Assembly: GCF_044704955.1 (NCBI RefSeq)
Contig: NC_091997.1
Location: forward strand, 3,348,001 to 3,412,000
Origin: Pristiophorus japonicus
Lineage: Eukaryota
Length of the DNA stretch: 64,000 nt
Reading direction: 5' to 3'
In this document: piece by piece, positions 1 through 13,900 of the stretch
Position numbering within the stretch: position 1 is the first letter of the stretch
Layout of the letters: each line of letters opens with the position of its first letter
Position numbers and translations under genes: made by a program
The notes under the pieces: generated by a model
The model's database searches: none
What the model was told of the DNA's origin: nothing
What the model saw: only the letters and a program-made list of their open reading frames with translations

Positions 1-347
1 CTTGTGACTGTCAGGATGCATTTTATATGGTCATTGCATTAATGTGTTTCTTTATCTCATGTCTCTCAGCCCTGAGTGGCCTGAAACATTTTTGGAACAT
101 CAGTTACAACAGCATAAAGCTGAAATAAAACTTTGGATGTTAAAATCCTCTTGGCACTACTTTTAGTGCATTAGTTAATGCTTTTCCGTGAAATTCCAAA
201 CTGGTGTATTTTCACGGGGCTAGTAACCCATTTAAAATACAGGTAAAATAGCCTAGGCTGACATTTCACATGAATATGTTAACCAATGTGATACAAACAA
301 CACACAGTGGAAGTTAAAACACTGAAAATACTGAAAATACTCAGAGT

Positions 348-1562
348 GGGCTCTAATTTGGTCGAGCCCGTTTTTTTTTAGCATACTTACCCAAGTTGCG
401 CCGCTTAAGTTGTCCGGAGATGCTCCAGAAAAAAATGTTCCAACTTTGGCCGCTGTTTGGCCTCTTCACAGCAGCCGCGCAGCGTGGCCAGTCGCCTCGG
501 GGGGTGGAGCCTGCGTTCTGCGCTGGAAAATGTGCCGGGACGTCTCTACATGCACAGTGGAGAATAGTGATGGTCGCGCATGAGCAGTAGCGCTCTGAAT
601 CTGCGAGCCTGCCTTGCTGCAGCTATGAGGAGCCCTCGCATGAAGTGCAACCTTCAGGGCCGGTTCTACAGGCCTCTGTTTGCAGTGCGATAAGCCAGGA
701 CGGTCAGACTGACCAGGGCTGCACTGAAGAAACCTCAGCCATACACCTGAGTCTTATCCAGCCTGACTCTGAGCTGAGGGCAGTCTCTCGGTGCTGGGCA
801 CGACACTGCTGCAGACGTGCAAGGAAAGCAGACTTCAAAAGCAACTAACAGTAAATGTTTTATTCTGAAGATTCTTAGTCGGAGTTGCTTTTAATTGTGA
901 TCAGTCTGGTGCTGCATGTCCTGATAGCTCTGCTGCCTATACTGGAGCTGAGTGTGCAGGGAAGGTGTGATCGCCACATACTGGCTGCAGACCACAGAGT
1001 ACTTCTTCTCTCAAACCAGCCTCTCCATTGAATTGCTCCCTCCCGCCCCTAGCCCAGGCCGAATGGCCCCCCGCACCAGCCCGCTGCCTTGCCGGGCTGA
1101 ATACAGAAAGGTGAATTGCAGTTTGATGCTGAAGGTAGGACTTTAATTTTTTATTTCTAATTATTTTAATTGTGCGAAGGAAGGATGGTTTTGCAAGTCT
1201 GTTCCCTAAGGCTTGGTTGGTTCAAGTCCATCTCCTCTCCATTTCCCGCCCTTAGCCCAGGCCGAATGGCCTCCGATGTACTTACCTGCGCCGATTTCTT
1301 TAACTCTCCGCAAGGGTTTTCTCAAGTGGCCACATACAATGGCCTAAGTAGAAATGGAGTAACTATTAGCTGGTCAAAGTTGCCTAAATGGCCAGAACTG
1401 GTGTAGGTGGCTGGTAACCCCCCCCATTTGAGGAAAAAAAACGAACCTAAAAAAAACGTTACTGGTGCAAATTGATTGGGGAAACTGGGGATTTTTAAGT
1501 TAGGCTAGAAAAAGCAGCCTACTCCAAAAAAAAAAGAGCAACTCCTGGGGAAAATTGAGCCC
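348..1562. mobile_element. Non-autonomous PIF/Harbinger-like TIR element (MITE-like)
   Basis: Ends GGGCTCTAATTT...AAAATTGAGCCC form an imperfect TIR. The reverse complement of the right end resembles the left end of the 51145 element (GAGTTGCTC...TTTTTTGGAG). Internal direct repeat CCCGCCC(C/T)TAGCCCAGGCCGAATGGCC occurs twice. No clean TSD. Confidence 0.6.
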
Positions 1563-1922
1563 TATGTGTGGAGAGAGAAACAGAGATAACGGCCAGAATC
1601 TTTACCTTGCAGTCAGGTTGGGTATGTGCGGGCCGAAGATTTCAACAGCGCGTTCTGCACTGAGCGTTTGACTTAATGGCACCAATTGAAAGAGTTATGC
1701 AGGGTTTCCCAGTCCAATTAAATGGAGCAGGTCTGATGATGTCATTGATGACTCGTTTTCAGCGCGGATATTTAAAGCAGTCTTGCACGCATCTCATTTG
1801 AAGGTTGCTGTAGGAGTGTTCATGGTGTTTTCATGAAGTAAAGATTACTGAATAAGATGGAGGATTCTGTGGGTTGTGAAGATACAAGGACAGAGGGCAG
1901 TGCACAGATTCCCAAATGCCTC

Positions 1923-2310
1923 CATCATCATCATTGGCAGTCCCTCGAAACACACCAAAAAGGGATGAGTTCACAGATGTTTCAATAAAGGACCTAATAT
2001 TCCAGGTCCCGAACTACATCTTGAAGGGTGGATTTTTTTAATGTGTGGTGGCCGTTGCACACCAGCCACCACACGGGCTTGACAGAGCTAGGTCTTGGTC
2101 CAGTGGCAAGGGTTACCCAAGACGACTGGAGACCAGCTCTGCTGCATGGGCCGAGTGCACACACATATCACAGTGTGGGCTGGCCTTTGCTGTCCCTGGG
2201 CCCTCGCCTCTTCTGGTCCCAAACTCACACGTCTCCTGGGCCCCCAATCACATCCCTCTACATTCTCTCGCCACTCCTTCGCCCCGACCGGGCCACTCCT
2301 GTTGTATCTG
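1923..2310 (-). mobile_element. RTE-derived non-autonomous retroelement (SINE-like), copy 1
   Basis: Reverse-complement homolog of 19223-19630 with an (ATG)n tail. Imperfect flanking repeat CCCAAATGCCTCCA / CCCAGATGCCTTCA. Confidence 0.75.
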
Positions 2311-3090
2311 CCCAGATGCCTTCATGGAAGTGTTGGTCCAGGGAGCAAGAACATGCAGGGAGGTCCTCTTCCCCGTGAAGGGCTGAAAAAGACCAGCCAA
2401 AGAGAAAAGAGGGCTTGGCTAGAGGGCATGGGCCCTGTGCCGCAAAAGATTCAATGATCTCATGAGGTCAGGAAAGGTGAGTGCATTGTCACACTCAGCT
2501 ATGCCCTGATGTGTGTGTCACCACAACCCCATCACTCTGCCTTCCCAAGCCTACTCCTGCATATCACTCCTCACACCAACCTACCTTACAAGTGCATCCA
2601 TCCCTCTCCGTCCCTACTCACATCCTAATCTGACTAACCACTATTGACACTCACCCTCATCCTAATGCAGTCATAGCAAGTAACGCCACAGAAGGAGGCC
2701 AATTGTCAATGCCACGTCACTCCCTCATATTCACCCACTACAGAGGTAGCCCTTACACTCATTCCATCACTCACACTCAAAGTTATCTTCGTTCCCTCCT
2801 GCAGGAGAATAGAGCCCACAACAGCAGGGAAGAGGCAGAGAACTGGAGACCCTCCAATATTCACAAATTTGACTCCAGCAGAGGAGGAGACCACAGAATT
2901 AGTTGGAGCTGTAGAGCAGCTGGAGGTGGGCGACGGAGAGAAGGGGACCTCCCAACAACCTGGTGACAGAATTACATCTCATACAACAACATGGTATACA
3001 ACAGTCACTCATGGCGACTGATGTCAGCAGCCGGTGAAATGTCACCATGTGCATAATGGTAACTTGACCCATTCTTATCGTAACTCTTAA

Positions 3091-5019
3091 TAAGAACATA
3101 AGAACATAAGAAATAGGAGTAGGGGTAGGCCATACGGCCCCTCGAGCCTGCTCCGCCATTCAATAAGATCATGGCTGATCTGATCATGGACTCAGCTCCA
3201 CTTCCCCACCCGCTCCCCATAACCCCGTATTCCCTTATCGTTTAAGAAACTGTCTATTTCTGTCTTAAATTTATTTAATGTTCTAGCTTCCACAGCTCTC
3301 TGAGGCAGCAAATTCCACAGATTCACAACCCACTGAAATAAATTTCTCCTCATCTCAGTTCTAAATGGGCGGTCCCTTATTCTAAAATCATGCCCTCTAG
3401 TTCTAGTCTCCCCCATCAGTGGAAACATCTTCTCTGCATCCACCTTGTCAAGCCCCTTCATAATCTTATACATTTCGATAAGATCACCTCTCATTTTTCT
3501 GAATTCCAATGAGTAGAGGCCCAACCTACTCAACCTTTTCTCATAAGTCAACCCCCTCATCCCCGGGATCAACCTAGTGAACCTTCTCTGAACTGCCTCC
3601 ACAGCAAGTATATCCTTTCGTAAATATGGAACCCAAAACTACACGCAGTATTCCAGGTGTGGCCTCACCAATAATCTGTACAGCTGTAACAAGACTTCCC
3701 TGCTTTTATACTCCATTCCCTTTGCAATAAAGGCCAAGATTCCATTGGCCTTCCTGATCACTTGCTGTACCTGCATACTATCCTTTTATGTTTCATGCAC
3801 AAGTACCCCCAGGTCCCGCTGTACTGCGGCACTTTGCAATCTTTCTCCATTTAAATAATAACTTGCTCTTTGATTTTTTCTGGCAAAGTGCATGACCTCA
3901 CACTGTCCAACATTATACTCCATCTGACAAATTCTTGCCCACTCACTCAGCCTGTCTATGTCCTGCAGCCTCTTTATGTTCCCCTCACATATTGCCCTTC
4001 CTCCCATCTTTGTATTGTCAGCAATTTTGGCTACGTTACACTCAGTCCCCTCTTCCAAGTCATTAATATAGATTGTAAATAGTTGGGGTCCCAGCACTGA
4101 TCCCTGCGACACCCCACTCGTTACTGATTGCCAACCAGAGAATGAACCATTTATCCCGACTCTCTGTTTTCTGTTTGTCAGCCAACCTTCTATCCATGCT
4201 AATATATTACCCCCAACCCCGTGAACTTTTATCTTGTGCAGTAACCTTTTTGTGTGGCACCTTGTCAAATGCCTTCTGGAAGTCCAAATACACCACATCC
4301 ACTGGTTCCCCTTTATCCACCCTGTTCATTACATCCTCAAAGAACTCCAGCAAATTTGTCAAACATGATTTCCCCTTCATAAATCCATGCTGACTTTGCC
4401 TGACCAAATTTTGCTTTTCCAAATATCCTGTTATTGCTTCTTTAATAATGGACTCCGACATTTTCCCAACCACAGATGTTAGGCTAACTGGTCTATAGTT
4501 TCCTGCTTTTTGTCTGCCTCTTTTTTTAAATAGGGGCGTTACATTTGCAGTTTTCCAATCTGCTGGGACCCCCCCAGAATCCAGGGAATTTTGGTAAATT
4601 ACAACCAATGCATCCACAATCCCTGCCACTACTTCTCTTAAGACCCTAGGATGCAAGCCATCAGGTAAAGGGGATTTATATGCCTTTAGTCCCAGTATCT
4701 TACTGAGCACCGTCTCCTTAGTGATTGTGATTGCGTTAAGTTTCTCCCCCCCTATAACCCCTTGACTATCCACTATTGGAATATTGTTAGTGTCCTCTAC
4801 TGTAAAAACTGACACAAAATATTTGTTCAGAGTTTCTGCCATCTCCATATTCCCCATTGCTAATTACCTGATCTCGTCTTCTAAGGGACCAACATTTACT
4901 TTAGCCATCCTTTTTCTTTTTATATACCTATAGAAACTCTTACTATCTGTTTTTATATTTTGTGCTAGTTTACTTTCATAGTCTATCTTCCCTTTCTTAA
5001 TAATTTTTTTAGTCGTTCT
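3091..5019 (-). mobile_element. 5'-truncated CR1 LINE (HER1-like), frameshifted RT
   Basis: ORF pieces 4207-4857, 3786-4298 and 3192-3602 carry GNYRPVSLTS, QHGF, YLDFQKAFD, QGSVLGP and KIADNTK (degenerate FADD). Tail is (TTCTTATG)n. Confidence 0.95.
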
Positions 5020-5616
5020 AATTCATCTCTTTACTTAACTGCATGTAGGAGCCATATGGGTGCACTGGTGTAAATCTGGCCATTATGAGGCCATCCCAGG
5101 CCTTCCGGGCAGCAACATGCACTGCTGCTGGTGATATCTCCACCTCAGGTTCCTCCTTCTCCTCCTCCTCCTCCACGTGTTCCACCTCTTCCTACACCTC
5201 CTCCTCTGAACAGTCTGTGCGCTGTGTGCTTTCCTCCCTATGAAGCTCCAATCATTGCTGCTGCGCTATGTTGTGCAACGTGCGAGGAATGGAGCTGCAC
5301 GAGGAGATTCTGGAGACCCTGGCTGGTGTGTACTGAAGGGCTCAGTTTATTAGTTATAAAAATATTGGAGATGCGAAAAAAAAGGCTGTTTGACTGACGG
5401 TCAAGAATCATCTGATTGGGTAATGAAGAGTTTTTTCGCTCTCCAATTGGTGTGGGAAGGCAATATGTCGTGAGGATGTACACGTTGGGTGACCAACGGC
5501 AGGAGTGTGGGGGTGGGGCAGTTGGAGGCAGGAGGTCATGTGATGAAACCTAGGCGGGGTACATCTACTGGCCTTTTATAGAACCTGCCCTATTTTCAAT
5601 CTGTTGCAATCAATGT

Positions 5617-6290
5617 CAGCCATGGCTCAGTGGTGGTACTCTTGTCTCTGAGTCAGAAGATGATGGAGTCAAGCCCTATTCCAGAAACTTGAGCACACAA
5701 TTTAGGCTGACACTTCAGTGCAATCCTGGGGAAGTGTTGTATTGTCAGAGGCGCTGGGGCCGAAATTCAGGCATGCCAGAAAGCTGGTGCACCTATGATT
5801 TTTGACCTTGTTTTCCTGCCGGGAGCGGTTAGGCCACCGTCCGATCCATTTTCAGCGCTTAGAAGATTTTTAAAAGTTGGACCAGAAGTCAGTCATAGTG
5901 AGGGCGGAAGTATGGCGGTAAGTCAGGCTGAGGGGCGGAAGTTGGGGCGGGGATCGAATCTCCGCCGCTGTCACTCAGCGGCGAAGCGGTGGTGATGTCA
6001 CAGCGTGTGTGCATCACCACGCCCTCTCCCCTTCGTTAACGGGGAGAGAACCAGGGAGGTTTCGGCCGGGCCAGCAGCCTGGCACCCAGGAGGGGCTGTT
6101 GGCGGCCCGGCCGAACCTAGGGGAGCAGTAGTCCGGCCAACATGGATTTATCTCGTTGCTGTGCAGAGAATTGCTGCCACATTCGTTACAATTATAGCAG
6201 TGGCTCCATTTCAAAATACTTCACTTGTGAAGGGCTCTATGAACTTCTGCAGTTGTGAAAGGCGCTATGTAAATGATAGTTCTTTCTTTA
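5617..6290 (+). mobile_element. tRNA-derived DeuSINE (SacSINE1-like) interrupted by a GC-rich TIR element (~5757-6140)
   Basis: A-box TGGCTCAGTGG and tail AAAGGCGCTATGTAAATG...TTCTTTCTTT. The insert begins GGGGCCGAAATTC. Confidence 0.7.
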
Positions 6291-6584
6291 CTGCTCAATT
6301 TCATGCTCAGCATAGAAAGAAACCATCCATATCAGCACCAAGGAATTCAAAGTGTCTCAAGTTGCCCAATTTGCCCTGAGCCAAGCCAGTGGGAAGATAT
6401 TCTTGGTTCTGCACAGGTAAACTAGAGTATTGGATACAGGAAATTAGGCCAGTCAGAGCATTGGCCTGTAAAGGAAAGCATTGAATTTCCAACATTCATT
6501 GCTCCCTTGCACAGACCCAGGAAAACCACCCCTGAGATTTGTTGGTGAATTCACAAATTTGTTCAAAATTTTTTTTTTCTTGAA

Positions 6585-6962
6585 ACATATAAGATAATGA
6601 GGGGTCTCGACAAGATAGATGCAGAGAGGATATTTCCACTCGTGGGGGAATCTAGAACTAGGGGGCATAGTTTCAGAATAAGGGATTGCCCATTTAAAAC
6701 TGAGATGAGGAGGAATTTCTTCTCTTAGAGGGTTGTAAATCTGTGGAACTCTCTGCCCCAGAGAGCTGTGGAGGCTGGGTCATTCAATATATTTAAGGTG
6801 GAGATAGACAGAATTTTGAGCAGTAAGAGAGTAAAGGGTTGTGGAGAGCGGACAGGGAAGTGGAGCTGAGTCCATGATCAGATCAGCCATGATCTTATTG
6901 AATGGCGGAGCAGGCTCGAGGGGCCGTATGGCCTACTCCTGCTCCTAGTTCTTTTGTTCTTA
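6585..6962 (+). mobile_element. CR1 3' fragment
   Basis: TRGHSFRIR...EMRRNFFS coding end plus a CR1 3' UTR matching the other copies. Confidence 0.9.
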
Positions 6963-7164
6963 CCTTTAGTATACCTCTGGCCTATTGCACCCATTGCATG
7001 ACCAAAGAAGTTGGCAGATGGCCTTCTCACAAGCATTTCCCAAAGCTGCTCTTTAACAAACCAATAGGAATAATGTAAAACCATTGAGTGTCCCAAGAGC
7101 AAGGCAATTATATCTCAGCTAGCATCTCTGCTTTACAAAAGAAAAGAAAAGAGAAAAGCAGATG

Positions 7165-7818
7165 TTTAGCCAAGGCCCTGGATGTAAAAGGACCCATGGC
7201 ACTATTCGATGAAGAACAGGAGCATTCTCCTGGCGTCCTGGGCATCATTTACCCCTCAACCAACACCATCAAAAACAAATGAACTTAGGGCCACGAGATT
7301 CGGCACTTTAGCATCGGGAGTTATGGCTGGTACAAAAAGCAAAGGTGGCCGCCTCACTGCCGGTGCGGCCCACCCTGTTCATCACCTTGGTGAGGGCACC
7401 AGCGCGGGCTGTACGTGCGAGCGCCAACAGTGTACAGAGTCGGCGGATCGTGTCGTCAGTCAGCGTATAAGCTGCCATTTTTGATGTCGCCACTCCGTTC
7501 AATGTCATCTCCTAAACATGCACAGCTGAGTGTGTGTTCAGCTGGACCACCCCCCACCCCCTTCCCCACCCCACTCCCCCCCAACCCCCCGCCACCTGCG
7601 CTACTCTAAGCCATACATCCAGCTTGTTGTTGGGCCTACTTCAATTTTTAGCCCACAGTCGTTGCTATTTATGGGCCCTTGCTGAGCATAAATTGGCTTC
7701 CATGTTTGCCTATATAGCAACAGTTACAGCTCCGCTGAAGTAATCCATTGGCTGTGATGTACTTTGTGACAGCCTGAGGATGTGAAAGTTACTATATAAA
7801 TGCAATTTCTTTCTTTCT
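7165..7818 (+). mobile_element. DeuSINE (SacSINE1-like) 3' part with an inserted GC-rich MITE-like segment (~7287-7612)
   Basis: Deu-domain GGATGTAAAAGGACCCATGGCACTATTCGATGAAGAACAGG and tail CTATATAAATGCAATTTCTTTCTTTC. Confidence 0.65.
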
Positions 7819-8895
7819 TAAACGACATCGATTAACTGCCTGCTTTCTCCTTTCTCAAACCTTGATTGTATCCTTGGATCAGGCTCTTTGGTGCGCAGTT
7901 ATTATTAAGAAATTCATTCACATATGAATAAAAATGCCCAAAATGTTTGCTAAGCTTATTTAGCCTGCTGGGTGGATGTGACATTTCCAATCTATGAAAT
8001 CCTCCGGCACAGTCTAGTGGCTGGCAACTGGGTAGATTTTATCAATGAAAGATCAAGGCAATGTTATTTTATTTGAATAGACCTTTACTTGAAAAGAGGC
8101 ACCAGTTCTATAAGAACCACAATACATAATAAGACGCAACAGCTTAGCCAACCAGCCTGTTTGTGAGCCTATAGAGTGACAGTGCCTCCAGATAATTCCT
8201 TGGGACAACAGTAAAAATGGAAGCGAAAGTGAGACTAAGAATGAGCAAGCCCGATTTTGGTACTATTTTAGAATTTTCCAGTGGGGATCAGCATCACCTG
8301 GAGACTCACTAATGGACGGGCATGGCTGACATTCTCTTTCATGCTCTCATGTCCTTTTCATGCACCATCAGATTTGTCTCTGCATTTTAGATCACTTAAC
8401 TCCCTTTCATCTCTACAGTCCTTATAGGCTTCCTCTGCATACACTTCCTCGACATTTTAATTTTGACTATAAATGAACTTTTATCATAGGCAGCCAATCA
8501 CTTGGACTTTTCCCATTGCAGCTCATTCCTTATTGCTTTCATCTAAGTACTCTTGGCAAACTTCTCTCTATTTTCCTTCAGTTCACTTTTGTCATGTCTT
8601 CCATTTTCTCTTTCATGTCCCTCAGATCTTTATTTGTGGAGATAATCTCGTTGTCTACTGATGCTGTGATGTTCTGCACCATGGGGTGATAAGATGAGGA
8701 GAGGTGAAGAATGCAAAGAAAGAAGTAGGAAATGGAGAGTGAGCCTCCTCGAGTCATTAATGTGCCTTGTCTTAATGATTGGTTCAAAGACCAAGGAACA
8801 GGTCTCTGGACACTAGGGTTTCAAATTCCACCCCTTGTAGGAGGGATCCCACGAGATCTTCAGATTCCTGTCCAACTGGACAGTAAGCGCAGTGA

Positions 8896-9065
8896 GGTAG
8901 ATTTTGACATTGTGTGAAATGGGTGATAGCGAGTCAGCAGCCTGTTGTACATCTGTCCCCAATTTTTATTTCCATTGACTTCAATGATAAAAACCAGGAG
9001 CGATGTAAAATGGGACTGGCGACTTGCTATCACCCGTTTCACATGATCGCACAAAGTCAAGACCC
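8896..9065. repeat. Imperfect palindrome (hairpin MITE-like)
   Basis: TGTGAAATGGGTGATAGCGAGTC (8913) pairs with GACTTGCTATCACCCGTTTCACA (ending 9043). Centre is CATTGACTTCAATG. Outer arms TTGACATTGTG / CACAAAGTCAA. Confidence 0.7.
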
Positions 9066-9349
9066 AGTCCAATATCCTGAGAATTCTGAATTCTGCAGGA
9101 CTGATTCAGCAATCCTCTCTGCTGTGCGAGGCCCTGATGGTGCCCAGCAGAACGATGAGACGGCCTCATCAGGCCCCTTCATGGATATTATTTAAACATG
9201 TTCCTCCTCAGCTTGAGCCTCATGCAGGGAGCAGCGTAAAGTGGTCCCCAAACAACAACCTGCAATCCGTAACGGGCTCAAAATTACATGGCAACGGCCA
9301 CTTCAATGATACGGTGATTATAACAAACAACTTTGGTGACTTCTTATAG

Positions 9350-9690
9350 TGGATGTAGAGTGGATATTTCCACTCATAGGGGAAACTAAAACTAGGGGAC
9401 ATAGTCTCAGAATAATGGGGGCCGCCCATTTAAAACTGAGATGAAGAGACATTTCTTCTCTCAGAGGGTTGTAAATCTTTGGAACTCTCTGCCCCAGAGA
9501 GCTGTGGAGGCTGGGTCATTGAATATATTTAAGACGGAGAGAGACAGATTTTTGAACGATATGGGAATAAAGGGTTATGGGGAGCGGGCAGGGAAGTGGA
9601 GCTGAGTCCATGATCAGATCAGCCATGATCTTATTAAATGGCGGAGCAGGCTCAAGGAGCCAAATGGCCGACTCCTGCTCCTATTTCCCA
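9350..9690 (+). mobile_element. CR1 3' fragment
   Basis: Matches the 3' end of 17794-18465. Confidence 0.9.
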
Positions 9691-9759
9691 TGTACGTGAC
9701 AACCGAGACATAAAGAAAGGAAAATCCAACATGGCGACATGAAGTGAAGTATCTGAGCC

Positions 9760-10500
9760 AATGACGGAATATCACAGCTCCTGACCCTGACCGTGAACAC
9801 TGTGCTGCATGAGGGTGGTGAGAGGAGGGTGGCACAGTTTGGAACCAGAGGTCAGCAGTATCTGGCAGGAAGTGACAGCCAGGCTGAATGCTGATTCCAA
9901 TACCTACAGGCCACGGGGACAGATGCGAAAGAGGACAATACACTTTAAGGAATTTGGCATGGTTAGATTAGCCAGTAGTTTGGTGGGGCAATCAACCTGT
10001 TCGCTGGAGTTGGATTGGTCATTTAAATATAACGAGGCTGCGTGGCTCAGAATTAATAACCATTTCAAATTTAATCTTGGCCGGCCGGGTTTCCCAAGGC
10101 CCGGGAAACCCATCGGCTAAAGGGAGGTGAGGACTTCTGGATCCAGGAAATAAGCGACTTTCCAGTTTACTTGGATCCAGTTTACCTGCTTCACCACCAC
10201 CAGTGATTGGACACCCTCCTCACCATTCCAATCTCCACGGCCAACGCTTCCAATCTCTCACCCAAGTCCCTTCCGATCTCCACCCCCCGCCCCCCCCCCC
10301 CCCCATCCCCTGTGGCCCCTCTGATCTCCCGGTGAGGTCTCCGATCCCTCCCTCCCTCCTGTCTGCTCCCCAGCTGTGGCCTGGTGCCAAAGGCTTACCC
10401 GCCTGGAAACCCCTTCTTCTGGGTTTCCCGACCTCAAAACAGCCCTTCTCCCCACTCCCCACCCCCCTCCTCTCCCACCTCCAAGCTAATATCGGGGCCG
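9760..10500. mobile_element. Decayed Harbinger-like remnants (Myb/SANT fragment and MITE end)
   Basis: Translation SSIWQEVTARLNADSNTYRPRGQMRKR resembles Myb/SANT helices 2-3. TIR-like end AATATCGGGGCC at ~10499. Confidence 0.35.
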
Positions 10501-10926
10501 ATATCTCTTTCAGAGAGCCAGCATAGGCACGATGCGATGAATAGCCTCCTAAATCATACATAATATTCTATGATTTGAAAAATACCCAATTAGCTAATGA
10601 TGGACTTTTAAGCCTCTGTCCTGCTGTCAAGGAGTGGTACCAATGGAGTATTGGTATGTTAGACTACTTGGTTAATGAAATATTGATGCGTTAGATTCTT
10701 TGGAAAATGCCGTATTACTGAGTTATATTCATGGAATACTGAAAATGCTGAGGAGAAATAGAAAAAATAATAGCTCGGAAGCATAAATTCTCCTACAAAG
10801 TAGAAAATGAATGACGTAAAATCATTAACTGTGAAGTAATAAACAATTGCTTTATGGCATCTTATAAACTTGCATTCATTACGTTTTTCAGTGATTCTTT
10901 TATTAGTTTTGACATTTTACTGCACG

Positions 10927-13900
10927 GGTTAAATTAATATGGCAGGGGGATGGGAACCTATGCAGGGAGACAGAGGGAAATAAAATGGGGGCAGAAGCAA
11001 AAGATAGAAAGGAGAATAGTAAAAGTGGAGGGCAGAGACACCCAAGGCAAAACTCAAAAAGAGCCACATTACAGCAAAATTCTAAAGGGACAAAGAGTGT
11101 TAAAAAGACAAGCCTGAAGGCTCCTTGCCTCAATGCGAGGAGTATTCGTAATAAGGTGGATGAATTAACTGCGCAGGTAGCTATTAACCATTATGATATA
11201 ATTGGAATTATGGAGACATGGCTCCAGGGTGACCAAGGCTGGGAACTCAACATCCAGGGGTATTCAACATTCAGGAAGGATAAACAGAAAGGAAAAGGAA
11301 GTGGGGTAGCGTTACTGGTTAAAGAGGAAATTAATGCAATAGTAAGGAAAGACATTAGCTTAGATGATGTGGAATCTGTATGGGTAGAGCTGTGGAATAC
11401 CAAAGGGCAGAAAACACGAGTGGGAGTTGTGTACAGACCACCAAACAGTCGTAGTGAGGTTGGGGATGGCATCAAACAAGAAATTAGGGATGCGTGCAAT
11501 AAAGGTACAGCAGTTATCATGGGCGACTTTAATCTACATATAGATTGGGTTAACCAAGTTGGAGGAGGATTTGCTGGAGTGTAATAGGGATGACCTTCCA
11601 GACCAATATGTCGAGGAATCAACTAGAGAGCTGGCCATCCTAGACTGGGTGTTGTGTAATGAGAGAGGACTAATTAGCAATCTTGTTGTGTGAGGCCCCC
11701 TGGAGAAGAGTGACCATAATATGGTAGAATTTTTTATTAAGTTGGAGAGTGACAGTGTTAATTCAGAGACTAGGGTCCTGAACTTAAGAAAAGATAACTT
11801 TGACGGTATGAGACGTGAATTGGCTACGATAGACTGGCAAATGATACTTAAAGGGTTGACGGTGGATAGGCAATGGCAGACATTTATAGATTACATGGAT
11901 GAACTTCAACAATTGTACATCCCTGTCTGGAGTAAAAATAAAAAGGGGAAGGTGGCTCAACTGTGGTTAACAAAGGAAATTAGGGATAGTGTTAAATCCA
12001 AGGAAGAGGCATATAAATTGGCCAGAAAACGCAGCAAACCTGAGGACTGGGAGAAATTTAGAATCCAGCAGAGGAGGACAAAGGGTTTAATTAGGAGGGG
12101 GAAAATAGAGTATGAGAGGAAGCTTGCAGGGAACATAAAAACTGACTGCAAAAGCTTCAATAGATATGTGAAGAGAAAAAGATTAGTGAAGACAAATGTA
12201 GGTCCCTTGCAGTCAGATTCATGTGAATTTATAATGGGGAACAAAGGAATGGCAGACGAGTTGAACAAATACTTTGGTTCTGTCTTCACGAAGGAAGACA
12301 CAAATAACCTTCCGGAAATACTAGGGGACCGAGAGTCTAGTGAGAAGGAGGAACTGAAGGAAATCCTTATTAGTCAGGAAATTGTGTTCGGGAAATTGAT
12401 GGGATCAAAGGCAGATAAATCCCCAGGGCCTGATAGTCTGCATCCCAGAGCACTTAAGGAAGTGGTCCTAGAAATAGTGGATGCATTGGTGATCATTTTC
12501 CAACATTCTATTGACTCTGGATCAGTTCCTATCGAGTGGAGGGTAGCCAATGTAACACCACTTTTTAAAAAAGGAGGGAGAGAGAAAACGGGTAATTATA
12601 GACCGGTTAACCTGACATCAGTGGTGGGGAAAATGTTGGAATCAATTATTAAAGATGAAATAGCAGCGCATTTGGAAAGCGGTGACAGGATCGGTCCAAG
12701 TCAGCATGGATTTATGAAAGGGAAATCATGCTTGACAAATCTTCTAGAATTTTTTGAGGATGTAACTAGCAGAGTGGACAATGGGAGAACCAGTGGATGT
12801 GGTGTATTTCGACTTTCAAAAGGCTTTTGACAAGGTCCCGCAGAAGAGATTGGTGTGCAAAATTAAAGCACATGGTATTGGGGGTAATGTACTGACGTGG
12901 ATAGAGAACTGGTTGGCAGACAGAAAGCAGAGAGTCGGAATAAATGGGTCCTTTTCAGAATAGCAGGCAGTGACCAGTGGGGTGCCGCAGGGCTCAGTGC
13001 TGGGACCCCAGCTATTTACAATATACATTAATGATTTAGATGAAGGAATTAAATGTAATATCTCCAAGTTTGCAGATGACACTAAGCTGGGTGGCGGTGT
13101 GAGCTGTGAGGAGGATGCTAAGAGGCTGTAGGGTGACTTGGACAGGTTAGGTGAATGGACAAATGCATGGCAGATGCAGCATAATGTGGATAAATGTGAG
13201 GTTATCCACTTTGGGGGCAAAAACAGGAAGACAGAATATTATCTGAATGGTGACAGATTAGGTGCAACAAGACTTGGGTGTCATGGTACATCAGTCATTG
13301 AAGTTTGGCGTGCAGGTACAGCAGGCGGTGAAGAAGGCAAATGGCATGTTGACCTTCATAGCTAGAGGATTTGAGTATCGGAGCAGGGAGGTCTTACTGC
13401 AGTTGTACAGAGCCTTGGTGAGGCCACACCTAGAATATTGTGTTCAGTTTTGTTCCCCTAATCTGAGGAAGGACGTTCTTGCTATTGAGGGAGTACAGCG
13501 AAGGTTCACTAGATTGATTCCTGGGATGGCAGGACTGACATATGAGGAGAGACTGGATCAACGGGGCTTGTATCCACTGGAGTTTAGAAGAATGAGAGGG
13601 GATCTCATAGAAACATATAAAATTCTGATGGGTTTGGACAGGTTTAATGCAGGAAGAATGTTCTCGTTGCTGGGGAGTTCCAGAACCCGGGGTCACAGTC
13701 TAAGAATAAGGGGTAAGCCATTTAGGACTGAGATGAGGAGAAACTTCTTCACTCAGAGAGTGGTTAACCTGTGGAATTCTCTACTGCAGAAAGTTGTTGA
13801 GGCCAGTTCGTTAGATATAGTCAAAAGGGAGTTAGATATGGCCCTTACGGCCAAAGGGATCAAGGGGTATGGAGAGAAAGCAGAAAACGGGTACTGAGGT

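Larger units (their letters stand above)
1591..5573. mobile_element. Decayed Harbinger-like element with Myb/SANT exon remnants (+ strand ~2310-2960), interrupted by an RTE-derived element and a CR1
   Basis: Remnant exon ends CRKRFNDLMRSGK|GTGAGT (~2440-2483). Next exon starts CCTGCAG|ENRAHNSRE (~2804). Both match the exon 1/exon 2 motifs of the Myb genes at 17793 and 54317. Termini GGCCAG...CTGGCC are weak, so boundaries are approximate. Confidence 0.4.

Noticed and set aside
5617-5690. tRNA-like sequence (also ~48240-48310)
   Set aside because: These are SINE heads continuous with the SINE body, and no complete cloverleaf is present.
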